DNA of 64,000 nucleotides, taken from assembly GCF_006345805.1 (NCBI RefSeq), contig NC_043013.1, positions 48,794,001 to 48,858,000 on the forward strand. Reading direction: 5' to 3'. How positions within the stretch are numbered: position 1 is the first letter of the stretch; each line of letters begins with the position of its first letter. The DNA is from Octopus sinensis. Its lineage: Eukaryota. Position numbers and translations under genes: made by a program. The notes under the pieces are model-generated. The model was not told where the DNA came from. It did no database searches and worked only from the letters and a program-made list of their open reading frames with translations. Of this stretch, positions 39,273 to 52,235 are shown in pieces.

Positions 39273-41099
39273 TGCGAGCTCTGGGACGAAGACCGTTCAC
39301 TCAACTGCTCAACAGCAGCAACCGTAGCAATAACAGTAGCACAAACAACATCAACATCTAAGACATCTGCATTAGCAACTTCAATGGCGGAAAAAAAAAC
39401 TTTTACAATACCCAAGGGATATTCTAGCCCGGCACTATCCTCCTTTCCTTATTCGTTTCTTGTCCCCGACTTCCTACGCAACCGCTGAACCTGGATGCGC
39501 ATTCATTCATCCGGTATGGGGGGGGGTGTTGACCTGCTTTCTCTTCTGCGTGTCTTACGAATAGCAAAGGACCACGTTTCGGACTTCTCCCATCTTGCGA
39601 TATTGATACTACAGATTACGAACAATAAAAAAAAAGGGAGAAAGTAAAAAGCAAAACCATGGTGGCTGGTAACTTCTCATGTTTTTATTTTGTTCTCGGA
39701 CAAAGAAGATCGAGCGTAGACCCAAACAAGGTGCTTGACACCTTGAGTGCAGCCAGATGCTTACAGCCGTCTGTTAGTCGGGCAGTGCAGTCGGTAGATG
39801 TTCCACACCACGGAGTTCTATAGAGAATTAGTGGTGAGCAAATACAAAAGCGAACTAGGGACAGAATAAAATGGTTGGGTTCGGCTGCTTGGACGTTGAA
39901 GATTTGGCACGGCCGATTGGATATTTGGACCTGGTTTGACGTTTCTTTTTTAATTTTTTTTTGGCGATAACACTTTTCGGCACTGATGGCAAATACACAC
40001 ATACAGGCACGCAGAAACGGATAAATAGATTGACAAATAGAGAAAGAGGTACACATTACAGCTTATTGATTGAAATCGATTGACATAAACACTTTTCTTT
40101 CTCCTCATTAACATAAATGGAATTATATCCCCATTCATAAACATGCACACATGTACACCCACGCACACAGAGAAAGAGAAAGAGAAAAACATCGTTGAAA
40201 TTGAAGTCCCCCTCCCCCTCTCTGTCTCCAAGTTTTCGGCTCACAACGCCAACATTTTAGTTCCTTATTAATTTTATTTTGTCAAAGATGTGCAAAAATT
40301 GTTCGTTTTCACGTTTCGACAATATTTCATTAGTCGCCATATGCATAAAGAGAAGCAGGAAGCTAAATAAGTTTAATAGTAAGATAGTGTTGTAGCTGTG
40401 ATTAGATGCTAGTTGTCAGGTAGAATAAGGATAAAATTTTTACGGTGCCAAAAGGTTTTGCGAACAAAATGTCTGATGTCAAGGAAGTCGGTAGCGAATT
40501 AGCGACGCCAAACAGGCAACGCCAGCACGTCTCATACTCCTCTATACGAAACATTAGGCTTCGAGAAGAATCAGTCCATTTACAAATGAGGACCAATGGA
40601 AATTTCCAGAAATCACAGGTCGAGCGGTGCTACTGGGTGTATTGCCAGTAAGGGATAAAATCTTCAAGCATGCTTGAAATGTATGCGCGCAGAACAACAA
40701 AATCTTCCTGTGCGCGCTCGAACATTGCCTGAGTATTGTTGACATGCGAAATTATATCGAACAGCTGTCATCGCGTGTGGAACAAATCTGGCAATCTACC
40801 AACTCCATCTTGAAGATCGCCATGCGGCCTTTCTTTGGCCGGAAAGGCACACAATTTTACTCTATTCTGGTGCTATGGCGAAAGAACTTGTAAGGTGGAC
40901 GACACTAAAAGAACTGTAGACAGACGCCGTCTTCTTCGGCCAAGTCCTCATCAACTTTTTAAAATTCCGCATGAAAAGGAAGGTGAGAGAGGGGAGGGAA
41001 TTGCCACCCAAGCAGTAAATTTGTGAATCGGGGGGTGACTAGCAGTAAGGGTCCAAGTTAGTGTTCTGAGATTTTATTCGCATGTTGGAGAGAAGAGGG

Positions 41100-41210
41100 A
41101 GACTACTTTCAGTTTCTATATACCAAATCCACCGACAAGGCTTTGGTCAGCTCAGGGATATTTTAAAAGGCATTTGCCTACGGCGTCAAGCAAGAGGATT
41201 GAACCTGGAA
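41100..41210 (-). mobile_element. SINE family A, partial decayed
   Basis: ctttcagtttc..accaaatccacc.acaaggctttggtc. Confidence 0.65.
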
Positions 41211-42445
41211 GAAAGAGGAAGAGGAGGTGAAGGGAAAGGAGGTGATGGAAGGTGAGGAAGTAGCGGTAGTGGTGACAATGATAGTTTCTTCTTATAGTGA
41301 TATGAAGGCACAAATTTATAAAAGGAGAATGAATGTAACTGTATCCACCACATAATTACTATTTCAAGAAACAAATGTGAAGAGTTCGGTAGGAACTGTA
41401 ATGAGAAAGTAATCAGGATCAAATTATACACATTTGATGATATACTATACAGACTCGTCTTACACACAGATATAAGGAAATTAGTAAAAATAAATGTAGA
41501 CTTATTGACAAACTACTCACAAAAGATAATAAAAATATCCACACACAGTCATGGATACGCACAGTTTATATATCGCTGCAAGAGAAGAAAATTGCGTTGG
41601 GTGAAATGTGTAAGTAAGGTGCAAATACAATCTGTGTGGCAAAATAAGACCAACATCATACGAAGTAAAAATATAGCATGGTCGAAGTAATATTTCAAAC
41701 AGAAGATTCCACACCACAACAACACCGTGGAATGAGAAACTATACTTCATTCAAAGAAACTATACTTCATCCGAAGAAACTATACCTCATCCGAAGTTAT
41801 CGCAACCAGAACTTGATAAAAGTGAGCTGCGATTTCGATTACGCCGTAGTGTTTGTGTCCCTCGTTCAAGTATTTGTGCTGTGTATTTTCTACTTATATG
41901 GTTGTTCTGCCTCTTCGCATGATGAAGATTTTCTCGGCAGGAAAATCAGATACTGGTGACGGTGGGGGTAGGGCTTTGTATGTATTAATGTTTTCGTGTT
42001 TGAAAGAGGGAGGGAAATGGAGTTAGGCTGGATATTTTCTCGGATAGCCGTTTTTCGTTCTGCTACTGTGGGTTTCATTGTCGCAATTATTCTTATACCC
42101 TTTAACTGCCGATGTTGCACTCGTAATCTTCGCTACGGCTACTGAGACTACTGTAGGCTGCTGCTGTTGCTGGAGCTGTGGTGTCGGTGGTAGTGAGAGC
42201 TTCCTTTCTATTGCTTTTGGTTTAAGATAGGAAGCTCTGAAGTGGCTTTCCGTACCACACACACACACACACACAGTTTTAACTACGATAAAATGGTGAA
42301 TCAGGTCAGTTAAAACTATACTACAAAATGTAAGCTTTTTGAACTTATAATTTTCTTTTTATATATACATACAGATACAATACCAATATTCCTCTGAACT
42401 TTTTAATAATTCTTTCTGTAAACTGTTTTTAACATTTTCTTAAGA

Positions 42446-42478
<33 letters not shown>

Positions 42479-42482
<4 letters not shown>

Positions 42483-43107
42483 AATCTTTTGTGCCCAATA
42501 TTTAAATGAACTTGTTAAACATTTTTATATTTTCCCAAGATTTTCCCTTGTAAACTGTTTTTAACATGTTTTTATTATTATCAAAGAATGTATATATATT
42601 TTGTAATATTTTGTGACAACCAGTACTTAACACAACAAAGCTTTTACATGTTACTTTCGGCAATCTTTTTCTAAAAAAGTGAAACCGGTCTAGTAAATAA
42701 ACATCTTTTAAAATTGCATTTTCAAACCTTCTTTCATATATAATTCCACTCGTGCGGTACCTTACAACTCCACTTTGTTATATATATATATATTATATAT
42801 ATATATATTGTAATCTTTTGTGCCCAATATTTAAATGAACTTGTTAAACATTTTTATATTTTCCCAAGATTTTCCCTTGTAAACTGTTTTTAACATGTTT
42901 TTATTATTATCAAAGAATGTATATATATTTTGTAATATTTTGTGACAACCAGTACTTAACACAACAAAGCTTTTACATGTTACTTTCGGCAATCTTTTTC
43001 TAAAAAAGTGAAACCGGTCTAGTAAATAAACATCTTTTAAAATTGCATTTTCAAACCTTCTTTCATATATAATTCCACTCGTGCGGTACCTTACAACTCC
43101 ACTTTGT
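42479..43107 (+). repeat. Apparently identical 300-bp tandem duplication (period 329) separated by (TA)n
   Basis: 42479-42778 and 42808-43107 show no differences on manual comparison. Confidence 0.93.
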
Positions 43108-43145
<38 letters not shown>

Positions 43146-43416
43146 TGCAAAGATAAATTGATAGATACAACTGAGTGGACAAACAAAAAAATGAGACACA
43201 GCCTAGTGCTTTTTTTATGTTGATAAGCCTGGTACTTATTCTATTAGTTTGTTCTTGTGAAACCAGTAAGTTATGTGGATGTAAATAAATGAACAGCAGT
43301 TGTGAAGCAGTGATGAGGGCGAAACACAGAGACAACGACACACACATACACTTACATATATACATACATATATATATACGATTGATTTGTTTCAGTTCCT
43401 GTCTACGAAATCCATA

Positions 43417-46119
43417 TATATTGTTGTCGGCATCCTTTTTGTCTCGGGAGACAATGGAGTTGCGCATAAAATAATAAAGTTCGGCTTTTACATTTCATGT
43501 CCTAATACACCTCCTGCTGTGGCTGTGTAGTCCTATACTGGACAAACACTCCCTCTGGCAGGTGCCACAAATGTAGCGAAGACTTTGCCTGGCTGGTTGT
43601 AATGTCATAGTTTCTTGTTGACGTCTTTTCTTGTCTTTCCATTTCTCCTCTCTATGTCACTCCTTTGTGTTCCCTCTTTTACGGTACGTCGCCAATCTCC
43701 ACGGTTGCAGGCAACTGCTTCCCAGTTGGTAATATTGATGTTGCAGGCATTCATGTCCCTTTTTCAAACATCCTTGTATCGTAAGAACGGTTTTCTCACA
43801 GACCTAGTTCCCCTAGCAAGCTCTCCGTAGAGCATGTCCTTGGGGATTCTGCCATCTTCCATACGGCTAACATGTCCAAGCCATTACATATGTCTTTGTG
43901 TGAGGAGTGCAAACATGCTTGGTATTCCTGCTTGCTTGAAGACATCTTTGTTGGGGACATGATTCTGTCATTTGATGCGAAGGACTTTCTGGAGGCAGCG
44001 CAGGTGAAAGATATTTAGGCGACGCTCTTGGCGTGTGTATGGCGTCCAAGTCTCACTTCCATACAGTAGAGTTCTAAGTACACATGCCTGGTAAATCTTC
44101 ATTTTTGTGGTCTTGGTCAGTTTATTGTTGTCCCATGCCCGTTTGGAGAATTGGACCATCACAGCAGCTGCCTTGCCAATGCGTATATTGAGCTCAGTAT
44201 CAAGGGATAGGTTGTAGGTGACGGTAGAGCCAAGATAGGCAAACTTCTCCCCTCCTGTTGTCTGTGGTCTCCAATATGTATGTTTGGGATGTCCGATGTA
44301 GCTTGACCCATTATGTTGGTCTTCTTGAGGCTGATAACTAAGCCAAAGTCGCTACATGCTTGCTCAAAACAGTTGATGAGCCTTTTTGTAGGGCTTCTTC
44401 TGTGTGTGATACCAGAGCGGCATCATCAGCAAACAGCATCTTCTTGATCAGAACGTTTCTGATTTTGGTCTTGGCACGCAGACGCGAGAGATTGAACAGT
44501 TTCCCGTCACTTCTACTGTGCAGAAACACTCCATCATTTGATGTCTCAAAGGCATGTGACAGCAGCAGCGAGAAGATGCCAAATAATGTAGGAGCAAGGG
44601 CACAAACTTGCTTTACCCCGTTTTTTATTTGGAAGGCGGTTGATGTTAAACCATTGTGCTGTATGGTGCCTTGCATATCATCATGGAAAGATTTGATAAT
44701 CTTCAGCAGCTTTGGTGGACATCCGATTTTTTGGAGCAGAATGAAGAGGCCTTTTTTACTTACAAAGTCAAAGGCCTTTGTCCGATTAATGAAGGCCATA
44801 TATAATGGCATTTTCTGCTCTCTGGACTTCTCCTGAAGTTGGTGAATGGAGAATATCATGTCAATAGTTGATCTGCTTCTTCTAAAGCCACACTGCGATT
44901 CTGGATAAATTCGAGAAGCAAGCAGTTGTAGCCTGGACAGGATAATGCGAGCAAAGGTCTTAGAAGAGATATTCCACGGTAACTGTTACAATCAACACGT
45001 TCACCTTTGTTTTTGTAAAGCGTAATGATGTTAGCATCTCGCATATCCTGAGGGACTGTACCCTCTTCCCAGCACTGACACAGAAGCTCATGAAGGTTCC
45101 GAAGCAGGATGGTGTTTTTGCCGGATTTGATGATCTCTAAGGGAATGCCGTCTTTCCCCGGAGCCTTGTTACTTGCTAGGGAGTCAATAGCCTTGGCGAG
45201 CTCTGCTATAGATGGCAGACTGTCAAGTTCACACATGACTGGCAAGATCTTGACACCCTCGATTGCAGCCTCAGCTACCGTGGTCTCCCGTGAGTAGAGA
45301 TCCTGGTAGTACTCCACCCATCTATCCATTTGCTTGCTTTGGTCCTTGATGAGTAGTTGATTTCAGAGGGGCTGATTTGGCTGCGGATGGACCGAGGGCC
45401 TTCTTCAAACAGGCATACATCCCACGGGTGTCGCCACTGTCAGCAGCTGACTGGATACTCTAACAGACTTCCTGCCAATACCTATTCGCACAGCGTCTGT
45501 CAGTCAGTTGGGTTTTATTTCTTGCCTTTCTGAGTACTTCGAGTGACTTTGTAGAAGAATCACTCTTGTATTGCACCAGAGCTGCACGCTTTGCTTCGAT
45601 AATTGTTTCCAGCTCTGAGAGCCCAGCACTGAACCAATCTGGCTTTTACCTTTCTCTCATGCCGAAAGTATCTATTGATGTGGTATACAAAGCTTCCCTG
45701 ATATAATTCCATCTACTTTTAGCAGGGGAGTTTGGGAAGCTACTGAGGGCAACCTTGATAGAAACAGCAAAACATTTTCGCAGTGTAGGGTCCGAGGTTC
45801 TGGCAGTGTTAATGCGTGGTCGGGCTATTTTCTTGGAGTTATGGACTTTGTTAGGCAGAATCCCCACCCTGCTTCTTATTAGTGAATGATCTGTGTCACA
45901 ATCCGCGCTGTGGTAACTACGAGTCAGTTGAACAGAATTCAGAAAGGGTCTTCGTGTAATGATGAGATCCAGCTGATGCCAGTGGTGAGATCCTGGATGT
46001 CTCCAAGATGCCTTGTGGGATGTCTCGTTGGCAAAGAACGTGTTAGTGATGCACAGGTTATGGTATGTGCAAAATTCAAGTAGTCTCTGGCCATTGTCAT
46101 TCATGTTGCCAATACCAAA
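43417..46119 (-). mobile_element. 5'-truncated RTE (BovB-like) LINE, 2.7 kb, from the endonuclease C-terminus to the 3' tail, with frameshifts
   Basis: NDNGQRLLEFC..NTFF..W.HP..HQLDLII..DTDH (APE end), KAPGKDGIP, YRGISL, TKAFD, LFADDAAL, LLYGSETW, and a terminal CGTC..SIGLHSH finger. The two flanks share a 70-75 bp direct repeat. Confidence 0.95.
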
Positions 46120-46198
46120 ACACATACACTTACATATATATACATACATATATATACGATTGTTTCAGTTCCTGTCTACGAAATCCATACACACACAC

Positions 46199-46530
46199 AA
46201 AGATAAATTGATAGATACAACTGAGTGGGCAAACAAAAATATGAGACACTGCGTAGAGATTTTTATATATTTTGATAAACCTGGTACTTATTCTATGAGT
46301 TTCTTCTTGTGAAACCAGTAAGTTATGGGGATGTAAATAAAAGAACACCAGTTGTGAAGCAGTGATGAGGGAGAAACACAAAGACACACACACATAGACT
46401 TACATATATACATACAATTGATTTCTTTCAGTTTCTGTCTACAAAATCTACTGACAAGGCTTTGGTTCGTCTGAGGGTATAGCAGAAGACAGTTGCCAAG
46501 TTACCACACAGTGGGACTGAACTGAGGAAC
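46199..46530 (-). mobile_element. Decayed SINE family A-derived unit, a diverged duplicate of 43150-43416
   Basis: aaagataaattgatagatacaactgagtgg..cctggtacttattctat..gaaaccagtaagttat..gttgtgaagcagtgatgaggg occurs on both sides of the RTE. Confidence 0.8.
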
Positions 46531-46717
46531 ATGTTCGTCTCCCCACATCATCTTGAATGTGATATGAACTAATTTTAGTTCAAGAAAATGCGCTTCTGCC
46601 AACAGACCACACTTGGGGCTGATGTCTCCCATTCCACTGGACTTGATGTTCCTCATTAGCACTATCCTGGCGACGAAGAGAAATCTGAGAAAATAACGGA
46701 ACCTACAACTAATGAGC

Positions 46718-49450
46718 TTTGATATAAAACGTATCAGCACAACGTTCTACTTTCATCTTCTTCAAAAAGCCTTTATTCATGGAAATGAAGACCAAATTAC
46801 CCAATATCGCTTCTCTTTGAGAAATACCTCATATCTTTATTTACTCGCTTTAGTGAAGAAAGCAATTTCTCACAGGAAGCAGATGTGGCAGGGACTGTCA
46901 GAGTGAGATGTAGTAATTTTGCTAATTCGGCCAGATCTTGATTTAGTTCTAGCTCCTGTGTTATGTCAGTGACTTCTAGCATGTTTGACACTTGCTTCGC
47001 AAAATCTGTAGCATAAATTGATTTCAGCTCGCACTTAAATCCATCTAAATTCAATATGTTTTTACAGACATCCAATGATGCAAACGCTTCCATCGAATAT
47101 TTTTTTGTAAACGTGAAAAAGCTTCGGATTCAACAATTCAAAAAATCCAAACTCAAATATTTAAAACTATAGGGTTTTAAATCTTTGCTCTAAGTGAACA
47201 ATAACTCCATGAAAAATGTTAAACACATTTCTTAAAACAGCTTCTGTCACCAACGATTCTCTGGCGGTTCAGCGACACCATCCAGAATCCGGCAATAAAA
47301 TTCTTCAAATGCGTTCTTCTTAATGTTGTAGTGAACCTTAAGATTTACACCCTTTTCACCAAATTATCTGTTCACTATCATGAGTGGACCACAGTTGGGG
47401 CAGTCAAGCTTAATGTGAACATAATTTTTTAGACTAATCGATTTGTAGATCAGACAATCAGTTAGAACATCATCTCAAATGTTCTTGAGATTAACACTTT
47501 TTTTTCCCAGTTAAGCAGTTTAGCGCTAGAAATCAACCAGAGTTCTCATAGCTTTCGAAGAAAACACAATTCCTCAGGCGAGAAATCGCTTTCTTCATTA
47601 AAGTGCGTAAATAAAGGTATGGGGTGTTCTCAAAGTGAAGAGAGATTGGGTAATTTGGACTTCGTTTCCATGAATAAAAACCTTGTGAAGAAGATGAAGA
47701 TAGAACGTAGTGCTGATACATTTTATATCAAAATAATCGATAAATTTGCCGAAAAGAAACGAATTGAACTATCCAAGCAAACCAATGATAAAGCTTCAAT
47801 AAAATTCGGCGGTGTCGCTTTTTGAAGATAACTAATGACCAAGCAATCACAGTTAAGTCGATCCCTGTACCCTAGTCCAGTGACGAATTGGTAATTCAAG
47901 TACGTATTCATGTTCAGCGTTCCCTTAAATAAATCTGATGTTAAATATTCAAGAGTTTTGGTTCTGTCTGCAATATACACAGCCAGCCTAATCTTACACT
48001 ATAATTAATACAATTACACCTGACGTGACAATATCAACCGATTGTTTTTGAAGTTCTGAAACTCACGAATACACCTCGATATATCAAGCGAACGTTTTTT
48101 GAAGAATCGAAAACAGAATCTCCGAGCCACTCAATATGGTTTCAAAAGCCACAAAAAGAATTTTAACTGAAAATCTAGAATTGCAATGAATCCCCTTGAC
48201 CGTGTTACTTCTGAAGTACTCGGTTGAAAATGGATACATGTCGAGATGAATACTTCCAATGTGTCTCGAGTATCATTGGAAATCACCTTCCAACGATTTC
48301 CTCAAGTAGGGCTCTTCAAGCCGTCGACTTTGAGAAAAAAGTTGAAATTCATTTCAAAGTTTGGAAGAAAACAAGGACGTTCACGAATACTTGAAGTTGA
48401 TTGAGACAAAACCAGATTAAGTGAATGTTAATAACAATGTACAAATACGACATTCGCACCAAAATCTCCTTTGTTCTTGTTTGCACTCTTTTCAAATGCC
48501 CAGCCATCACGCTCGCTCCATCATAAATTTGTGTGAGGAATATGTGGCCACATTTGAATTGATTAATAAACTTTCGAACTTCTGTCTGTGATACAGCTTT
48601 TTTTGTTTTCCCCCAAACCATTCTTGAGGCTTTTCTTTCTTATCTACAAATCGCAAACCGTGTAACAATTGCGATTTAATTCGAAGGTCTATATATATAA
48701 TATATAATATAATATATAATATAATATAAGAGCAATAAATGCTGTTTTTTTCCCGATCATAACCTTAATTTCACCTTCACTTGTAGCAGCTATTCAGTTA
48801 AACGATTTACTTTTGAAAATCACTTGAACTTCTAGAAAATGTGCAGTTAGCATTTTTCTTCACTAAATCTAAATGATATCTTAAACAGTTATGGTATTTC
48901 GCTACTGCTTCACATATATCCAGAAAATTACCCTTAATGTTTGATTCTTCTGGTTCATCATGTCTTCCGAATGATCATTCTTGACAAGCCAAAATTTCAG
49001 TAAAACGAATTAACTTTTTCAATATATACGGATTTTTTTCGACTGATCTATTATGCAACTGAATCGAAGCATGTTTCCTCTGATCGATTGCTGCATCAAT
49101 TCATTGTTGGCCAAAGGTGTTCAGAGCAATTACGGAATTCTGATGGTTCTGAGATGTTTGTGTTTTGTCAAAGCTGCAATCAAATAAGGCAAATTGCAGT
49201 AGCCAGTAGTTGTTCACGTGTTCTGAAAAAATAACAGATACGGGAAACAGCAAAATTGTTCAGAATGAGACATGCTATCATTTACTCACACTGTTCAAAA
49301 TACTTGGATTTAAAATAATGATAACATTCATTGCTGCCCACTTTGGTTTTGATTTTCGTTTCAAACTTTGGTTTCTCTTTTCCGAGAATGATAATATTCT
49401 AATCTGCGAAGCTTCATGTTGCAAAGACCGGGAAAGTAGAGCAGGAATTT
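46718..49450 (-). mobile_element. Decayed hAT transposon of the ZMYM1-like type (TTF-type finger, DUF4371-like region, catalytic region, dimerization domain)
   Basis: Ordered motifs in broken frames: FCCFPYLLF, HNRSVEKNPYIL, HDEPEESNIKGNFL, QIYDGASVMAGH, FYCRILD, LTLTVPATSASCEKLLSSLKRV. Confidence 0.85.
47520..47870 (+). mobile_element. Inverted related hAT 3' segment embedded in the element above
   Basis: 47575-47732 aligns to the reverse complement of 46718-46875. It encodes EKSLSSLK..SQSEERLGNL..IIDKFAEKKRIEL and ends near a terminus-like gatccctg at about 47860. Confidence 0.75.
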
Positions 49451-50229
49451 TATATAAATTACAATATTTAAAATTAAATTTTAAAGCATTTACATGGATA
49501 AATGGACGAAAATTTTACTTTTTAATCACAAAAAATAAAAAGAATTTGTCGGTTGCTTCTTTTTTTGCTCTAAGTGTGAGCTAGTCAAGAAGGAAACTCT
49601 GAGGTCACATGAGTGAATTCGGGTCTTGAGAAGGGATCAAATATTACCTTCAATAACAAACTCTGCTGTAGAGAATTTAATGATGGTTTCTTCGATATAA
49701 CAATGGGTTCCCCAGACTCGGCTCAGGTCACAGACATCGTTTTGCTTTAGCTCATCCAGCAACATCGCATGTACTTTCCTGCAACCCACAGTGGACTGCA
49801 TCGTGATGATGCTCTCCTGGTTATTATCGGTTTCTCCAAACCATCTCTTGAGAAAACCAGAAAGGCCCAGCATAAGTTTTTTTTAATCAATTTTTAGTCT
49901 ATTGCATTTTAGAATACCAATAAAATAACCAATTTCCTCGACGTAACGGATTTAAACTCTTCGTTATATTCTCCGTACCATAAGCCTAATGAATATCCAA
50001 AGTGCTCAAAGTTTATTCCAATCACCATAGATGTGTTTTTAGAAACGTGATTAAGGGTATCTCTATTATTGTTTGTGATCTGTCTGCAACAGAGGAAATA
50101 TTTAATAACCACGCCACTAATAATAATCATGCATTTGCCGTCAGCGGTTTCTCATAAAAAATAAAATTCTTGTCTAATACTAAGCTTAAGAACTATCTAG
50201 CTCAATTATATCATAATTCTACGCGCCCA

Positions 50230-50682
50230 CAAACTACGACTATAACATTCCCTGCAATAGATAGAACACTCCACCCATAATAAACAGCTTACTGGGCATA
50301 TCCAACCGCCTCTCCTACACCACCCAAAAACTCATGCAAAATGTAATTCTCTAAATGGAAATGTATCCTTAATATCCACTAGAAAACCGAACTCTGCAAC
50401 CCCAACCAGATTAATAAAAATTGGAGAAGAACTCTACTTTGGTACACATTCCCTTTCCTTAAATGTTAAGGGTCTACCTCAGCAATTATTTGCCATTATC
50501 AAATCTAATTTACCCCCCCCCCCCAACCATAAGTACCACTCTATCTTTAACCGATCTACCCTTAAATTATGCCATTCCACTTCACCTAGCATCGAATCCA
50601 ACATAGCCGCATCTAATAAGCGCAAGCTTAATATACGTCACTTACCATCCACTACTAACGAAAATAATAATAATGGTGGTGG

Positions 50683-50730
<48 letters not shown>

Positions 50731-51620
50731 GGAAGATGATTATGATTATAATAGCTATAACTATAATAATATTACTACTAATCGTAATAATAGAAACTAT
50801 AAAAATAACCAGAATACTAACATTAATGTGAATATAACATGGTGGTGGTGGTGCTGCTAGTAATATTACTACATATCGTGATGATTGTAATAGTACTAGT
50901 AATAATAATAATAACACTAATAATAGCAGTAATAATACTTTTGATAATGATAGTAATATTAATAATAGTAATAATGGTAACAACATCAGTAATCCTAATT
51001 GCAATAATAGGGTTTCTACCAGCAACAGCGACAATTTAATTTCTCCCATGAGTCAAGAACATCTATGTTTTCTATTATCAATACTTACAATGACAGCATA
51101 AATGACCTCGAAAACGATGGAGAACGGACCGGAAAGAACTGGCTCAAACCATCATACATCCTCTAATCATGCATACTCTCTTTCACTTAGCGGGGGATGG
51201 GGGGAACTCGTAAATCAAACAGATCCAATTATAACTCCAAAATTCGGGATAACTGCCCGCTACGAGCTCAAAGCAAGAGGTTTGATATCGTTTATAAGTG
51301 CACGGTCCTTAAAAAAAACATTCCAAAACTCCACTAAGATTTTTAATGGAGCGACTATTAATTTCAAGCAAAGATATTCTGCGCATTTAAACTCATTGGA
51401 ATATGAAAAATATATTACTCTCGCAGAACATATACGCTACCTTATATTTCTTTCGCAAAACATATACACTACCTTTGGAAAAAGAACGGATCTTTTCGGT
51501 TTGAACGGCAGTTTTTAACATAATTTCTAGGTAACTAAAAAATTTGAAACTTCGTATACTGGTAGAATGTGTTTATAAAACATCTCTCTATGGGTAATAA
51601 AGAAATAAATTAGCAAATAA
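50230..51620 (+). mobile_element. Decayed Penelope-like element (RT end, linker, GIY-YIG) interrupted by trinucleotide repeats
   Basis: GISNRLS, then RRTLLWY.FPF..NHKYHSIFNRSTLKL..SNKRKL, then NGATINFKQRYSAHLNSL..LAEHIRYL (the GIY-YIG FK.R...H motif). (GAT)n/(TAA)n tracts lie at about 50660-51000. Confidence 0.65.
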
Positions 51621-52033
51621 AATAATTAGCAAGGCAAAGTTCTCATCAGCGGATACGCCAAAACATTAACATATAAATTAGAGACAAAATAACACGTGTC
51701 TCATCCTTATATATATTATAATTTTTCAAATCCTACGCGCAAGCGCAGTTTCAATCAGCAGCAAATAAAAATTCTGATTAAAGTTCAGATATTACTAAAA
51801 TCATTTCTTAAAATTAATATAGGGTAGGAAAAATTATAGAATGTTTTTCTACCTGTTGCCTAGCATGCATACAAAGTCAATAGACATATTTTTCATATAA
51901 AAATTAGTATACATTTAAACACAAAGGGACGAGCCTTAACAGATCGCCTTACTTACTTGAAGGAACGGTCAAAAAGTCCAAACCACAGTTAAGAGCAATT
52001 TCGAAGGGAATGAAAAATAAAATCATTTACCGT

Positions 52034-52074
52034 TTACTACTACTACTACCACCACCACCACCACCACCACCACC

Positions 52075-52142
<68 letters not shown>

Positions 52143-52177
52143 AACTGCTACTGCTACTGCTGCTGCTGCTGCTGCTG

Positions 52178-52216
<39 letters not shown>

Positions 52217-52235
52217 TACTACTACTACTACTATA
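52034..52235. repeat. Compound (TAC)/(CAC)/(CTG) trinucleotide repeat
   Basis: Read directly. It is the source of the poly-P/L ORF. Confidence 0.95.

Noticed and set aside
38896-39327. 143-aa Thr/Ala-rich ORF
   Set aside because: It is built from (ACA/GCA)-type low-complexity sequence fused to a SINE B fragment.
41736-41795. Three 20-bp repeats gaaactatac(t/c)tcat(t/c)c(a/g)aa, superficially CRISPR-like
   Set aside because: They are directly tandem with no spacers, in eukaryotic context with no cas genes. This is a small minisatellite.
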